64,000 bases of DNA. It comes from Moniliella sp. 'wahieum' (lineage: Eukaryota). Location of the stretch: NCBI GenBank assembly GCA_003971905.1, contig RSEE01000089.1, forward strand, positions 62,001 to 126,000, written 5' to 3'. The notes below the pieces were generated by a model. It was not told the origin of the DNA. It made no database searches and saw only the letters and a list, made by a program, of their open reading frames with translations. The translations under genes and the position numbers were made by a program. Positions 24,632 through 37,104 of this stretch are shown here, piece after piece. Each line of letters begins with the position of its first letter. The stretch's first letter is position 1.

Positions 24632-27600
24632 TGGGCTTGGCTTGGGCGTGGGCTTGGTCCGTACAGGGCGGAGTGAGGGCCAAGGCGTGAAGCTTAGACG
24701 GCACCGCTGCGGTCGATGGGCGATGGCGGGGGAGAAGGTGGGGGGCGGAGGATGTGGGGGCTGGTTTTTGAAGCGGCTAGCCTGGGCGGATGAGACGCTG
24801 GGCAGACAGCTGCGATAGCACCGAGGGCAGGAGGCGCTGCACGGGGCAGGTGGCGAAGGGGCGCAAAGGGACACGGGGGGGAGTGTGCCCGTGTGCCGGG
24901 GCCGTACTGAGTACACTGAGAACTGAGTATAGAGTACTGGGACTCGGGAGCCAGTACTCAGTGAGTACCCAGGCCCCAGGACAGATCTGCGGGCGATCGC
25001 GTGTCTGTGCTGGGCGGTGCTGGTGGTGCGGGCGCCCGCAGCGCAGCGCAGCGCAGACCAAACCAAACGACACATGCGAAACGAAACGAAACGCAACGCA
25101 AAATGCGATGCGGGCGAGCTAGCCACAGAGCGCGAGGGCGGCCCAGCTGCCATGCCGGGCTGTGCGCGCGTGTGCTTTGCTGTGGCGGCGCCGGCGAGGA
25201 GGGGCGAGGTGCAGGAGGAGGCCGCGGGCGATGATCGATGGCGATGACCGATGACCGATGACCCAATCACCACACACTGTGTTCCTGCCGGCGGGGCACC
25301 ACCCGCCATGCCGCATGCCCTCGCAGGCGCCCCCTTGAGGCGCCCTGTGGGCTGCATGCCTGCCCGCCGCACCAGGCCGCAGGAGCGGCTGGGACGGCGC
25401 ACGTTGAGACAGAGCCCAAGGCTGGAACGGCGCGACGCACAATGTGTGCCCCCCCTGCCCCCCTGTGCCCCCGCAGCACAGCAGCCGCTGCAGCGATCTG
25501 GCAGACTGCCTCCGTGCAGCCGCATTGGCCCGAGGCCCATGCCTGATTAAATACAGCAGTTCAATCTTCGTATTCATCAAGCTTTCCAGCTTCGAGCTCC
25601 AAGCGAGTATGCGCGGCTGCTGGCTGTCGCTGGCCATCGGCCACCATGTATCATGCATCATGCGTCATTACATCATGTCTCCGCATCACTGATGGCAGAG
25701 CTATATCGCTACTGCCGACCATGCCTCCTTCCCCCACACGGCCCACCAGTGACGGCCAGGGAGCGACGCTTCGTCCAAACTCGGTATCACCAGTAACTAG
25801 TAACGCCTATAGAACGTGTAAGTACAGTAATATAAACGTTCCTCCGCATCCGCCATATCTCGGCGTAATCGCAATCATCTGCATCCAATCAGGAAAACTA
25901 TCAATCAAGCTTCTATCCGCATGCTTTTCAAGCACCAGAGAGGGAGAAGAGGGGACAGGAGGGGACAGGTGTGCCAAAAGTAACTCTCTGTCGCCGTGGA
26001 TAATGCATGTAACCCCGAGTCCCGATGATGTGTGGACCTGCCAGAGGATGCTGCGGGCGAAAGATGCGTGGATTCGATGCGTGAAATTCACAACTGGGAA
26101 GCACGCGCAGTGGAGTGTTGTCGCTCCACAATGAATGACCTTCTGACACCGTGGGCGTTTTTGCGTTCCGTCCTATCGAGAGCCGGCTCTGATTCAAACA
26201 CCTGTGGGACGAGAAAGAGGGTACAAAAAAGAGAGGCATGCCATCCTCGACAGAGATAGCATCGGGATTCTCATCGATAAGATCGATAAGACGCAGAGAG
26301 AGTATAGTAGCAACAAAAGCTATTAGAACTCTTCTCTCCTGTATCTCCCCCGGGCCCTCCTATTCCAAAAACGACATCTGCAAACTACCCCCCCCCACAT
26401 ACACGCATACAGGCCTCCCACCGCGCAAACTGACAGCGTACTAGATCCGAGATTTGGTATCGGATTATCCAAGAACAGCCCAAGAGGCAAGAGGTCCTGC
26501 TGATGGTGTGGGCAGTGCCATTATGGCTCGAAGCGTTCGTCTTACAAGTGACATGTTACATGTTACCAGAAGTGTGCCAAGGCTTTACCCCTGAAGATCT
26601 TGCCAGTCTCGACGTTCAATGTACATTTTCACGGTCCACAGCACTGGAACTCTGTGGTATTGATTCAGTTGTAGGATACTCTTCAGTACGTGGTAACGTT
26701 TAACTATAGTATAGAGACTAGTGACTAGTGAACGTACGTTACGTTGAACTCAGTAGTTAGGAGTATATACTCAGTTACTAATTACTATAGTTACTACCTA
26801 CTACAAAATTGACTATGGTCCCGGGTTACTCATTGACAGAAGAGAGGGTATCCACAATCGATTCCCCCATGTCGATCTAGGTGTTCAAGCTGAACGTTAT
26901 GAACATTGAGCATGACAATATCCCCACAGGGGATCACTTTGTGATCCGCCTGTGACCATGTGACTGGTGCCCCGGCCTGGGCGCTGTTTCCCCATGTCCC
27001 CCACACGCAACAACTCGGAATATACCATTCTTTTTCTTTTTGAATCGGGTCTTGGCGCGATTGTGCACCCTTCCGGCTTTAGGTGTCGGGCTTCAATGAT
27101 TAATGAACGTTGAACGTTGAAGTTGAACGTTGACCGGCCTGAGCCTGACCTCAGGCCTCACAACGGCCTTGTTCATGTGTCGGCGAACGACGGTGGATGT
27201 GGATCGAGGGCGCAAAGAACGAGGCCCCTCAAGCTCAGGGGGCACCACAGGAGCGCAACTATGGTTTGGTGCTGTGGTGGGACCTGGCCCAGACCCAAGT
27301 CAGCTGCCATGTGTTCCGCCCTGGCTGCGCGCAACCATTCCGCTCGGCACGCCCGCTGCAACCGGCACGGCGCATTGGTTAATGGTTAATGGCTGCGCTA
27401 CGTAAGCGGCGCGGGCTGCAGGGGGCGGGCGCATGCAAGGTTGCACCCGCAAGCGACGGCGATCGCTCTGGCTTGACAGGCGTGGCACCCGCGCGGCGTG
27501 GTGCGTGGTGCGTGGTGCATGACGCGTAACGCGTGACGACGAGCGAGCAGCCAGGCCGGGCGCAGGCTGCCCCCGTACCTGCCTGCACCTGCACCACCTG

Positions 27601-27699
27601 CACTTCCAGCATTAGAGCGCCTCCACCTCCTCCCGCTGCCATCGACCATCGTAGCCCCGCAGGCCCTCTCCCTCTTCCCTCTCATTGGGCCACCCCACC

Positions 27700-29138
27700 A
27701 TGCTCCCCGCTGCCCCAGGCTCCTTCCTGGTCATCGTCGGCGGCTGCTATCCTCGCTGTCGCCACCTGCAGCACCCCCATCATCAAGAAACTCAGCTTCC
27801 TCACCGTCGACTTGTCTGCCGTCCAGATCAGCGGCCACTCGCTCCAGGGCGAGGCCTCGTTTGGATGCCTGGGATACTGCGTCGCCTCCTACTGCTCTCC
27901 TGCCAAGTTGGGCTACACATTTGACCTTAGCCGCATCCTCTCCCAGGTCGGCGCTGGCTCCGATGCTGGCTCCGCTGGCGACAAGCTTTCGTCCGGCATC
28001 CTCAAGGGCTTAACCTACACCATGGTTCTCCACCCTATTGGCGCCGGCATTGCGGCTGCTGCCGGTTTGTTTGGACTGTTTCCATGTGTGATGGCTGTCT
28101 CTCCCCCTGCCTCAGCGGAGTGTTGACTGGCATTGCCTCTACTGTTGCTGGCCTCGCATTTGCCTTTGACTTGGCCACCTTTCTCATCCTCAAGAGCCGC
28201 CTTAAGGATGTGGACAAATCTCTGAATCCCAAGCTAGGATCGGCCCTCTGGGTAACCTTGGCGGGATGGATCGTGATTCTGCTGGGGTCCTGTGGACTGG
28301 GAGCCGGGTTGTGTCGGGCACGGCGGTACTATGCCGATCGGCATCGCCAACGCGCCGACGATATCTCCGGTGGAGCCAACGCGACGCCCTATGGGCAGGG
28401 CATGCCTCTTGGCCGTGTTTCCTCCTCCCGCTCCCGAGGTGGCAAGGGGCTGTGGCACAAGCGCGACGACGCGTCGTCGGACGAGGTGGTGATGGCCACC
28501 CCCAAGTACCCGACTTTTCCACAAGGGAAGACGAAGGTTTGCTCAAGTTGGACACGATGAATTTGCCACGACCGACAGCCTTGCTCATCCGCAAACGGCT
28601 TACCCGACAGGGCCGGTACCCGCTGGTCATGCGGTAGCACCAGCGGGAGGGTATGGTGATCCGTACGCTACCCCCGCCGGACCTTATGCGCAGGCATACA
28701 CCTACCCGGCCACAGGGTATGCGCAGCACGACGCAGGGTACGAACCGCACGACGCGGGGTACGCGACTGCAGGGTACGGGTACGCCCAGCCCACAGCTGG
28801 GTATGGAGATGGGACAGGTTACGCCCAGCCCTAGTCCGACACAAGAACCTGCGTACGAGTTCCAAGCCTACCCGGACCCAAGTGGCGTCGCCACCACGCA
28901 CGGTATGGCTGCGCCTGTGCCTGCTTCCACCGTTGCTATGGAACCAGCCAACGTGTACTCCTCGTCCTACTACGGTGCGCCACCTGCCTCGACGTCGGCG
29001 CCTCCTGTACCCTCCATTCCTACTGACCATACCTGGGGAGAAGCCTATGCCCACCCCAGCCACGACGCCGTTCATTCCGATGCACTCCCCTCCACCCTCC
29101 CACCCGAGTACGATGCAAGGTACTTCCCGTCCCATTAG
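27700..29138 (+). CDS. SUR7/PalI/Rim9-family tetraspan membrane protein with long C-terminal tail
   Basis: STPIIKKLSFL, FGCLGYC...CSPAKLGY, LTYTMVLHPIGAG, AFAFDLATF and LGSALWVTLAG. Several frameshifts. Confidence 0.85.
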
Positions 29139-29470
29139 CTCCCTCCTTGATCAGGGCGCTCGGGTTGGTCTCGAACTTGAGTCCGAATGCGGCTCCCTCG
29201 GGCTTGCTCCCATATATCCAGCTGCTGTCACCCCCCCCCCTCCTACCCTCCTACCCCCTACCCCCCTACCCTCCTGCCCTCCTGCCCTCCCTCCGCGCAT
29301 TGTCCCCGCCGTTCTGTATTCAGGTGTGCACCTGCTTGTATTTCTGGTGCGAGGGAAACTTGTAACGAACTTTTGTTTTACTTGCCATCTTGGGCGTTGA
29401 GTGGACCGGGTAGGTTGGGCTGTAGCTCCTGTGCCCCATGGAGAGAGGCGTTCCGAGAGGCGTTAGCGCG

Positions 29471-30129
29471 TTAGCGGGGCTGATAGAGCAAGTGGAACGC
29501 ACTGCCACCCAATCCCACGCCAAGTGCGATGCCCACCACACATTGGGCCAGCGTATGCCGTTTTTGTCTTACCCTTGCCCCGACCATAGCGAGTGGCAGA
29601 AGCAGGAGCAGCGCTTGGCCTACCCGAATTAGGTACACCATTCCTCCCACACGCATCGCCTCTGCCAATGCACCTTCCTGCACGCGCAGCGCACGGTCGA
29701 ACCAGCACAGCCCATAGCTCGTTGCGAACCCTGTGACGCTAGGTCGGGAACGAGGGGAAGGGGCAAAGGGGCAAAGGGGGGAAATGGTTACCAGGTGCAA
29801 CACAAGACGACGATGAAGATGACCATGAAGTTGAAGATAGAGATGACGAAGGGGGAGGAGGGCGGGGGGGAGGGAGGAGGGAGGAGACGCAGAGACGTAC
29901 CAGCAATGCGTACTGGGCATGCCATGGGGGACTTGGCCTTGGGTTGAGCTCGTTTCCATCCCAATGCGCCGTATTGCGACATGGTCTGCTCGGGGGGACG
30001 AGGCTGTTTGATGATGTGTTTCAGGCCGCGCGCCACGTACGCACTCGCCAGGGATAAGCACAACCCCAGCACAAGAAGTGGTGCTTCCTGTTGCAGTGCA
30101 GTCCACAGCACAGGCCACGGTCCCGCCAT
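29471..30129 (-). CDS. PAP2-family phosphatase (dolichyl-diphosphatase-like)
   Basis: C1 KHIIKQPRP, C2 GMPSTH, C3 ARVRQKRHTLAQ. Intron 29739-29900. One frameshift. Confidence 0.8.
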
Positions 30130-30374
30130 GACACTGGAGTTCAAGCGCAAGCGCAACGTCGGCGTCGTCGGGCGTAGGAATGCGGTGGCGGGAAACAGGA
30201 GACCCGAGTCCAGATCTTTTTGGCTTGAAGATTGGATATTGGAGAGCCGGCGCAAAATCCGACAGAAATTCAATCGCCCCGCTTTGAGCGATCGACGATC
30301 CAAACCAGATCGCAGCTTCCTGTTTCCAGTCGTTAGCTCCACCTTCTGCTCAGGCTCTGTTCCAGCTCCTGCTC

Positions 30375-31690
30375 ATGCCCCCGACCTCTTTTCCTGCGGC
30401 TCAACGCCGGCGGGCAGCTGGGGCTGGGACACAAGGAGGATGTACGCATGCTCCACCCTGTAGTGGCTGAGGGCGGCGCCTTCCCGCCCCGCGACCATGT
30501 CCTGCTTCACCTCGCTGCTGGAGCGAACCATGCGGCATGTCTCCTCCGCAATCCGCAGGGAAAGCACAAGTGTACCTCACTGGTGATCGGGCAGGCCGCT
30601 CTGCCCACCCTTTTGTTCCCCAATCCGACGCTCAATCGTTCCCCCTCTGTCTGCGCACATGGACCAGTTGGCACAAGCAGGTGGGGGGCAGGGTGCTGCG
30701 AGTCGATCCACCTGGCTTGTGCGTGGGATACCACCTTCTTTGCTCTCCGTCAGGAGCACGGGGACGTTTTCTGCTCTGTCCACGCCGGATGAGGTGGGAA
30801 GGGGTCTGGTGGGCCCCCAGTCGGTCCAGGAGGGCGCTTACCTCGTGCCGTTGGAGACAGGACTCGATCCCTCGGACCAAGCCAGGCCACTGCAGATCCA
30901 CACCTCTGCGCCGGACCACGACATGCTTCGCCCATATCTCGTGTTCCAACCGAGGACGGGCGCGGACGCACTCACTATTTGCTAGGATGGGGCGCAGGCC
31001 AAACACGGACAACTGGGCCCGTTCCTTCCCCTTCCCCGGCTGCCCCGCTGGACGGGGACGGATCACCCATGTGGCACCGCGCCTTGGCGCGCTGGGGTGC
31101 CATGCACGACCAACACGTTTCCCTGCGCGCAGGACAGGCACATACGCTCATCTTGCTTCCGGAGGGTGCGGGACAGTCTCGCTTTCTCGCTCTTGGTCAC
31201 GACGGGTAGGTCAACGTAACCTTGCGCTGGTGTGCAGGCGTCTGTGGCGGAAGTGATGCGTGTTGGAAAACGTCCGCGGCGCGCTCGTTCGCAGTGCCGA
31301 GGGGGACACACTGCATCTGTTTGGCAATGGGGCTCATGGGCAATTAGGTTCTCGCGCCGCGGCCAAGCTTACGCCCAAGGCCAAGTGGTGCGCTGTGCTC
31401 AAGCGGATTTGGCCCCTGGGACACAGTGGGACAAGTGCGATGCGCGGAAGCGAGCATGTCCTGCTGCTTGTGTCTTTCGGTGGGAAAGGACCTTAGCCCG
31501 CACATCCTCTGTTGGGGGTGGAACGAGCATGTAACTTGGGATTGGGCGACGAGGATCCGACGGAGGAAGAAGCACCACCTCAGCTCGGCACCAGGCCCGA
31601 TCGGTGGGAACCACCGAGCTTCCGCTACCCCCCCAGGCTTGGTCCCGCTCAACTGGGCCGGGTGCGGGACGACGTACGTGCTTGTTTCGG
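30375..31690 (+). CDS. RCC1-repeat beta-propeller (Ats1/Kti13-like), N-terminal part of an apparent fusion
   Basis: GS[N]AGGQLGLGH, LAAGANHA, LACAWDTTF, FGNGAHGQLG, GSEHVL, CWGWNEH-NLGLGD and WAGCGTTY. Heavily frameshifted. Confidence 0.75.
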
Positions 31691-32780
31691 AAGCTGAGCC
31701 GCCGCCCGCAGCGCGCAGGCAGTTCGCCTTCCTGCCCAAGGTGGAGCTACATGCCCATTTGCACGGCAGCTGCGTCGTCGGACAGTGGCACGCTGGGCTA
31801 CCGCCGAAGGCCAAGATGCTTCCCACGCAAAATCAACATTGGCGATCCACGTTCGCTGAGCGCCATGTTTGGCGTGTGTTTGATGTGCTGCACCATGCGG
31901 TTGGAGGTGCACGGCCGAGGCGATACGGACGGGGCGGGAGGGGAAAGTGATGGAAGATATGGCAAGGGACGGAGTGGTCTATGCCGAGGTGAGGAACGCC
32001 ACGGATCTGCCGGGGTGTAAGGACGAGTGGGATTACCTTGCCTCGGTGGCACGAGGGGTTCAGGACTTTGTCCGTATGCAAGATCGTTGCCGGTGAGGTT
32101 ACCGGCACGGCAGATGACCCTCGTCTTGTTAAGTATCAACCGGACCTGGCCCCGAGGCGGCTGAGCGGGGGGTTGATCTGCTGTTGGAGGCAACCCGACT
32201 GCCTTCCACTCACCCTTGTGCTGGCCTTCTGGTAGGCTTGGACGTCAGTGGCGATCCTACCAAAGGGTCGTTCGAAGCATCCTTCTGCCCTCGAGCGTGC
32301 CCGACGAGCCGGTGTCAAGATCACGCTCCACATGGCCGAGCAGGCAGGCGAATTGGGAAAGAGGGATACGGATGCCATGTGGCCTTTGGTCCGATCGAGT
32401 CGGACACGCCATCTTCCCTCCTCGGAGCAGTGGACCCTGCTCTGTGCCAAGCAGATCTTTACTGAAGTTTGTCTGACCTCCAACGTGGTCACCAGTCCGT
32501 TCGTTCCTACCACACCATCATGTTGCTGCGTTTTCGGGTCTGGAATCGTGGGCTGGGGAGGGGGGGAAGGTATTGCCACCCCCCTTTGCGTTGGCTACCG
32601 ATGATACCACCGTGTTTGGCCAACCTAACGGATGAGTATGTCCATTGGATCAAGCCTTCCCCCCACTCACGTTGGCGAGGGCAAGGCAGATGAACAAAGA
32701 GGCATGCAGGCTTCCTTTTTGCCGGCTGGAGAGCAGAACGACATTGCTCACGTGTTGGAGACGGCTCTGTCAATCTAAGT
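31691..32780 (+). CDS. Adenosine deaminase-like protein (ADAL/MAPDA type), C-terminal part of an apparent fusion; 3' end approximate
   Basis: LPKVELHAHLHGS, DGVVYAEVR, VGLDVSGDP, GVKITLHMAE, RVGHA, EVCLTSNV and ATDDTTVF appear in order across frameshifts. Confidence 0.8.
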
Positions 32781-33068
32781 TATAACACATATGTATGGTT
32801 TGTGCAGATCATTGTCCCCCCTTTTGCGAAAGCAGAGCCTGGTTCGGGCGGAGGTAATAGACGTACACATTCTGATAACAAGTGCGCCATCCTTCGACGG
32901 ATCATCGAGATCCTAGCGGGGGACAAAGTGAGCACGATGGTAGGACCCATGATGCATGATGATGATGCCCATGCTGCCGTCCTGCGTAGGTGTATCCACG
33001 TTTGCAACCTTTTCATTTTCAGCCTGTTTTTTCGTCCACTTGGTTTTTTTTTCGTGGCCATCTATCTA

Positions 33069-35644
33069 ATGGTGGCCACCACCATCACACCGCTCATGAC
33101 CGACACGGGCACCAAGAGCGTAAAGCGAAAGGCGCCCGCTGCCAAGGCCGAGTCAAACAAATTGAATCACAAGGGAAGCGTCCCCGCACGCTTCCTTCCC
33201 AAGCCGCTCTTCCCATCTGGGCTGGCCGAGACGCCATCCTGTCCGCTGTGGCGCACAATGCGACAGTCGTGCTGGGCGAGAACTGGGTCGGGCAAGACAA
33301 ACCCAAGTGCCTCAGTTCCTCTTCCGCGCACGCAAGGAACTCAAACTGACCAGCAAAGCTTCGCCTGTCATCGCTATTACTCAACCAAGGCGTGTCGCGG
33401 CCGTCACACTCGCAAAGCGTGTAGAGCCGAGGAAATGCGCTGCCCGACCCAACCACCTTGAATCGCAAGGGCGCGCCAGCTCCTAAGGACGAGAGGAAAG
33501 GATGGCTCGGAGAAACCAAAGTCTTTACCGATTGTAGGATACGTCCGGTCCGGTTTGACGATCGTTCTTCTTCCGAAACAAGGATCGTTTCATGACCGAT
33601 GGCTTTTGTTGCGGGAGATGCTAGGCTCCTCGCTTACCCGCTCGCGGGCGGCAGCACCGTCCTTCGCCATCTTCTGACAAACCAGAGAGAAAAAGAAAGG
33701 GGAGGAGGGGAGGAGGCGGCGGTGGCTCTGGCTCCATCCGACTTGCGGCGGTATGGAGTGATCATTATTGATGAGGCGCACGAGCGGACGTTAGATACGG
33801 ATCTTTTGCTCGGTCTGGCCAAGATGATCCAGGCAGAGCGGTACCGTCGCGCCCGAGTGTGGGATGAGGATCCTAGTTCCCGCTCGGGCCCGCGACCACA
33901 AGAATTGAGGATCATCGTCATGTCTGCCACGTTGGACGCTGGCAAGTTTGTTGATTTTTTTGCCTCGCCGTTACAGGTTCCGTCACCCCTGCATCCTCTA
34001 GGGGTCCGTTTGACCTCTTCACCTACCCACGTACCTGTTCTTTACGTCCGTGGGCGGCAACACGGTGTGACACGCTTCCATACGCTGGAACCATGTGCAG
34101 ACTGGCGGGATGCGGCGTTGCGTGCGATCTGTCAAATCCACACCTCCTACCCGGCTGGGGACATTCTTGTCTTTATGACGGGACAAGAAGACATTGAGGC
34201 CATGGCATCCCAACTGCGTACCTATGCCCCTGGTCTGGCCAAGCAGGTTCAAGGAACCAACGATGAATCGGGCCAGGACGCAGAGCCCAAACCGCCTCTC
34301 TTGGAGCCTGTTCCGCTTTATGCTGCGCTCGGCCCCAAAGGCGCTGCTATTGCTTTTCGTCCTGCCGCTCCCGGCACCCGAAAGGTAATCCTTGCAACCA
34401 ACATTGCCGAAGCTTCCGTCACCCTGCCTGGCATCCGATATGTTGTCGACAGTGGACTGGCCAAGGTGGCGCGCTGGACCAGTACCGGAAGCGGCGGGGC
34501 GACGGAAATCTTAGCAGTCGAGCCGATCTCGCGCTCAAGTGCTACCCAGCGTGCGGGCCGTGCAGGTCGTGAAGCGGCAGGCACCTGTTTCCACCTCTAC
34601 ACATCCGACTCGGCTGAAACGCTGCCTCCCACCACCGAGCCCGCCTCAGCTCACGCCGACTTGAGCGGCTCCCTTTTGCGCCTTGCGGCTGTTGGCGTCG
34701 CTCCGGACCAGTTCCCTTGGCTCGATCCCCCCAGTACCGAGCGGTTGGCAGAAACTGTGATGCGCTTAGTGCAATTGGGTGCGTTGAAGTTGCCTGCGGC
34801 CGAAACGGCAGGCCAGGGCGCTCCAACACTCACGCCTCTTGGCGCCAGGATGGCACTTCTTCCACTTGAACCAGGACTGGCACGGGTCATCTTGGCTGCC
34901 GAGGCGTACGGGCCCAAGGTCACGCGCGAGGCAAGGGATCTGGTGGCCGTGCTGAGTGGGGAGCGAGGTATCTTTCTTGACCCGCGCCAGCGCCAGCGGG
35001 ACAAGGCCAAACGGGTGGCGCGTGCGCGTGGGTTAGGTGCCGAAGTGGCTTTGCCCGAGTCGGAAGACGAAGAAGAATTGGTCCATCCGTTTGTTCATCC
35101 TAGTGGGGATCACGCCACGGTGCTCGAGGCATTTTATGCGTACTTGCGCATGCGTGCCCAGGGCCTACCGCCAGCGGAGGTCCGTGCCTGGTGCACCAAC
35201 CACGGAGTTGACCATCGTGCTGCGGCTGAGGCAGCGCGTCTGCGTGTGCAGCTCAAGAAGGTGTGCAAGCAACAGCGAATCGAGTGCGACGATGGCCATG
35301 TTGATGAGATTGAACCGCTCGAACCACCCGATTCGGAAGAGGAAAGTGACCTGCCTGCCCTCACCGTCCTCCGTCCCGGCGGAGCAGGACGACAAGAGGC
35401 GTACGTGGATCTGCGACGTGCGCTCGTTGCGGCGCGGATGGGGCAGTATGCTGTTCGTGCCCCCGAAGGCGGCGGGTACCGCCGCGGAGACGAGCTGGTC
35501 AAAATCCACCCATCCTCGGTGCTGCACTCGAAAAAACCTGGGGTGATTGTGTTTGAAGAAGCAGTTCTCACAACCCAACTGTTTGTCCGCACCGTCAGTG
35601 CCATCGAGCCTGCTTGGCTGGCCGAGGCGTTTGCAGCACAATGA
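33069..35644 (+). CDS. DEAH-box RNA helicase, Dhr2/DHX33-like
   Basis: GSGKT, TQPRRVAA, DEAHER, MSAT, ATNIAEASVT and QRAGRAGR motifs plus HA2/OB tail. 5' part frameshifted. Confidence 0.9.
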
Positions 35645-36202
35645 ATTGCCATTCTTGCCCCTTCTGCGGTCTGAGCCACATGAGAGGGTCCGACGCTGCA
35701 GGAGATGCCGGCTGAACAGATCGTCTGAGTTAAAGAGCAGGCCACGCCCGCCATCCAGAGCAACGCCGCTAACTCCGCTTGAGTTGGCGTGGTTGGGAAT
35801 GGCAAGCGGGGGAGGCGGGCGGATAATGGTGGCGCGTCAGTAGTGAACTAGTGATGCCAGTGACTCTAGTGACTCTAGTGGCTAGTGACGCGGACGGGAG
35901 CGGAGACAGCTCGGGGGGTCAGACTGATCTGCCGACGGCCGGGATGCATCAACGGTGTGGCGACCGAAGATCCATCGATGATATCGATGTCGATGATACC
36001 GTCCGTGCACCCCCCCTCTTTGCCGCGTTAGGCCGGCTATAATGTCGGAGACTCGGAGACTGGCAAGTTTGATTGGAGTTGGCGGAGTTAAGATTCACTA
36101 GCAACCACTTCTCCAGCGGTTAAATACCCTCTCTCTTGCCCCGCTAGACTTGAATCCCAAACTCCCAACCCCCCCGCTTGTTCCCCGTTCTCCATTGCCA
36201 GT

Positions 36203-37104
36203 ATGTCAATCAACGCTGTTGCCGTCCAAGGATTCAACAATGTCAGCGCGTCAGGGGTGTATGACCGTGCGCGTCCCACGTACCCCGCAGCGGTATTGGA
36301 TACAATGCTCGATGCCGCGGGTGAAAGCGTCATCTGGCAAGCCGCTGAAGGTGGTGGAGTTTGGCGCCGGCTCGGGCATCTCGACACGCGCCTTGCTCGG
36401 GCGAGCGAAGGAGCGGGCATTGAGGTGGCGTCGTTAACCGCTGTGGAACCCAGTGCTGGAATGCGCACCGCCTGGACTCAATCTACCGCTCCCCTCCAAC
36501 TTGCGCACTCGCTCAAGATCTATGACGGCACGTTTGACACCTTCCCCCCGAAGTGGTACCAGAGGGGGGTGCGGACCTTGTGCTGATTGCCCAGGCTTGG
36601 CACTGGGTCGTCTCTCCCACTGCTGCAATCGTAGCGATCGCCCATACTCTCCACAGCAAGGGTGTGTGGGCGCTGCTGTGGAACCTTGAGGACCGGGACG
36701 GGGGCGACGGTATCCCTGCTACTCCTTGGGTGGGACAGCTGAGGGACCTGTACGAAAAGTACGAGGCGGGCACACCGCAGTACCGGCTCGGAAAGTGGAA
36801 GCAAGGCATGGTCGCTGCTAAAGACACCTTCCTTACTTTCTTCCAGCCGCCTGCAGGGGAGTTGTGGGCCGGAGAGCCCCACGTCGTTCACACTGAGCGC
36901 GAAACGACGGTGAACGGGGTGGTGGAGCGCGTCTTGTCCAAGTCTTACATTGGAATTCTCTCTCCCGAGGAACAGGAGGGCCTTAAGAAACAGATTCAAG
37001 ACCTGTTCGCCCAGTCGGATGCTGCGTTGGGTCGACGTTGGTTGGGAGAGGGCACATTTGCCTATCCTTATCGGACTGACTTGTTCCTCTTTTACCGTCT
37101 CTAA
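36203..37104 (+). CDS. Class I SAM-dependent methyltransferase (small-molecule type)
   Basis: YDRARPTYP, VEFGAGSGISTR, AVEPSAGMR, AQAWHW, LWNLEDR and YPYRTDL. Frameshifted. Confidence 0.85.

Noticed and set aside
24575..27500. Many short ORFs between the hypothetical gene and PalI
   Set aside because: Simple-repeat-rich intergenic DNA with no coding motifs.
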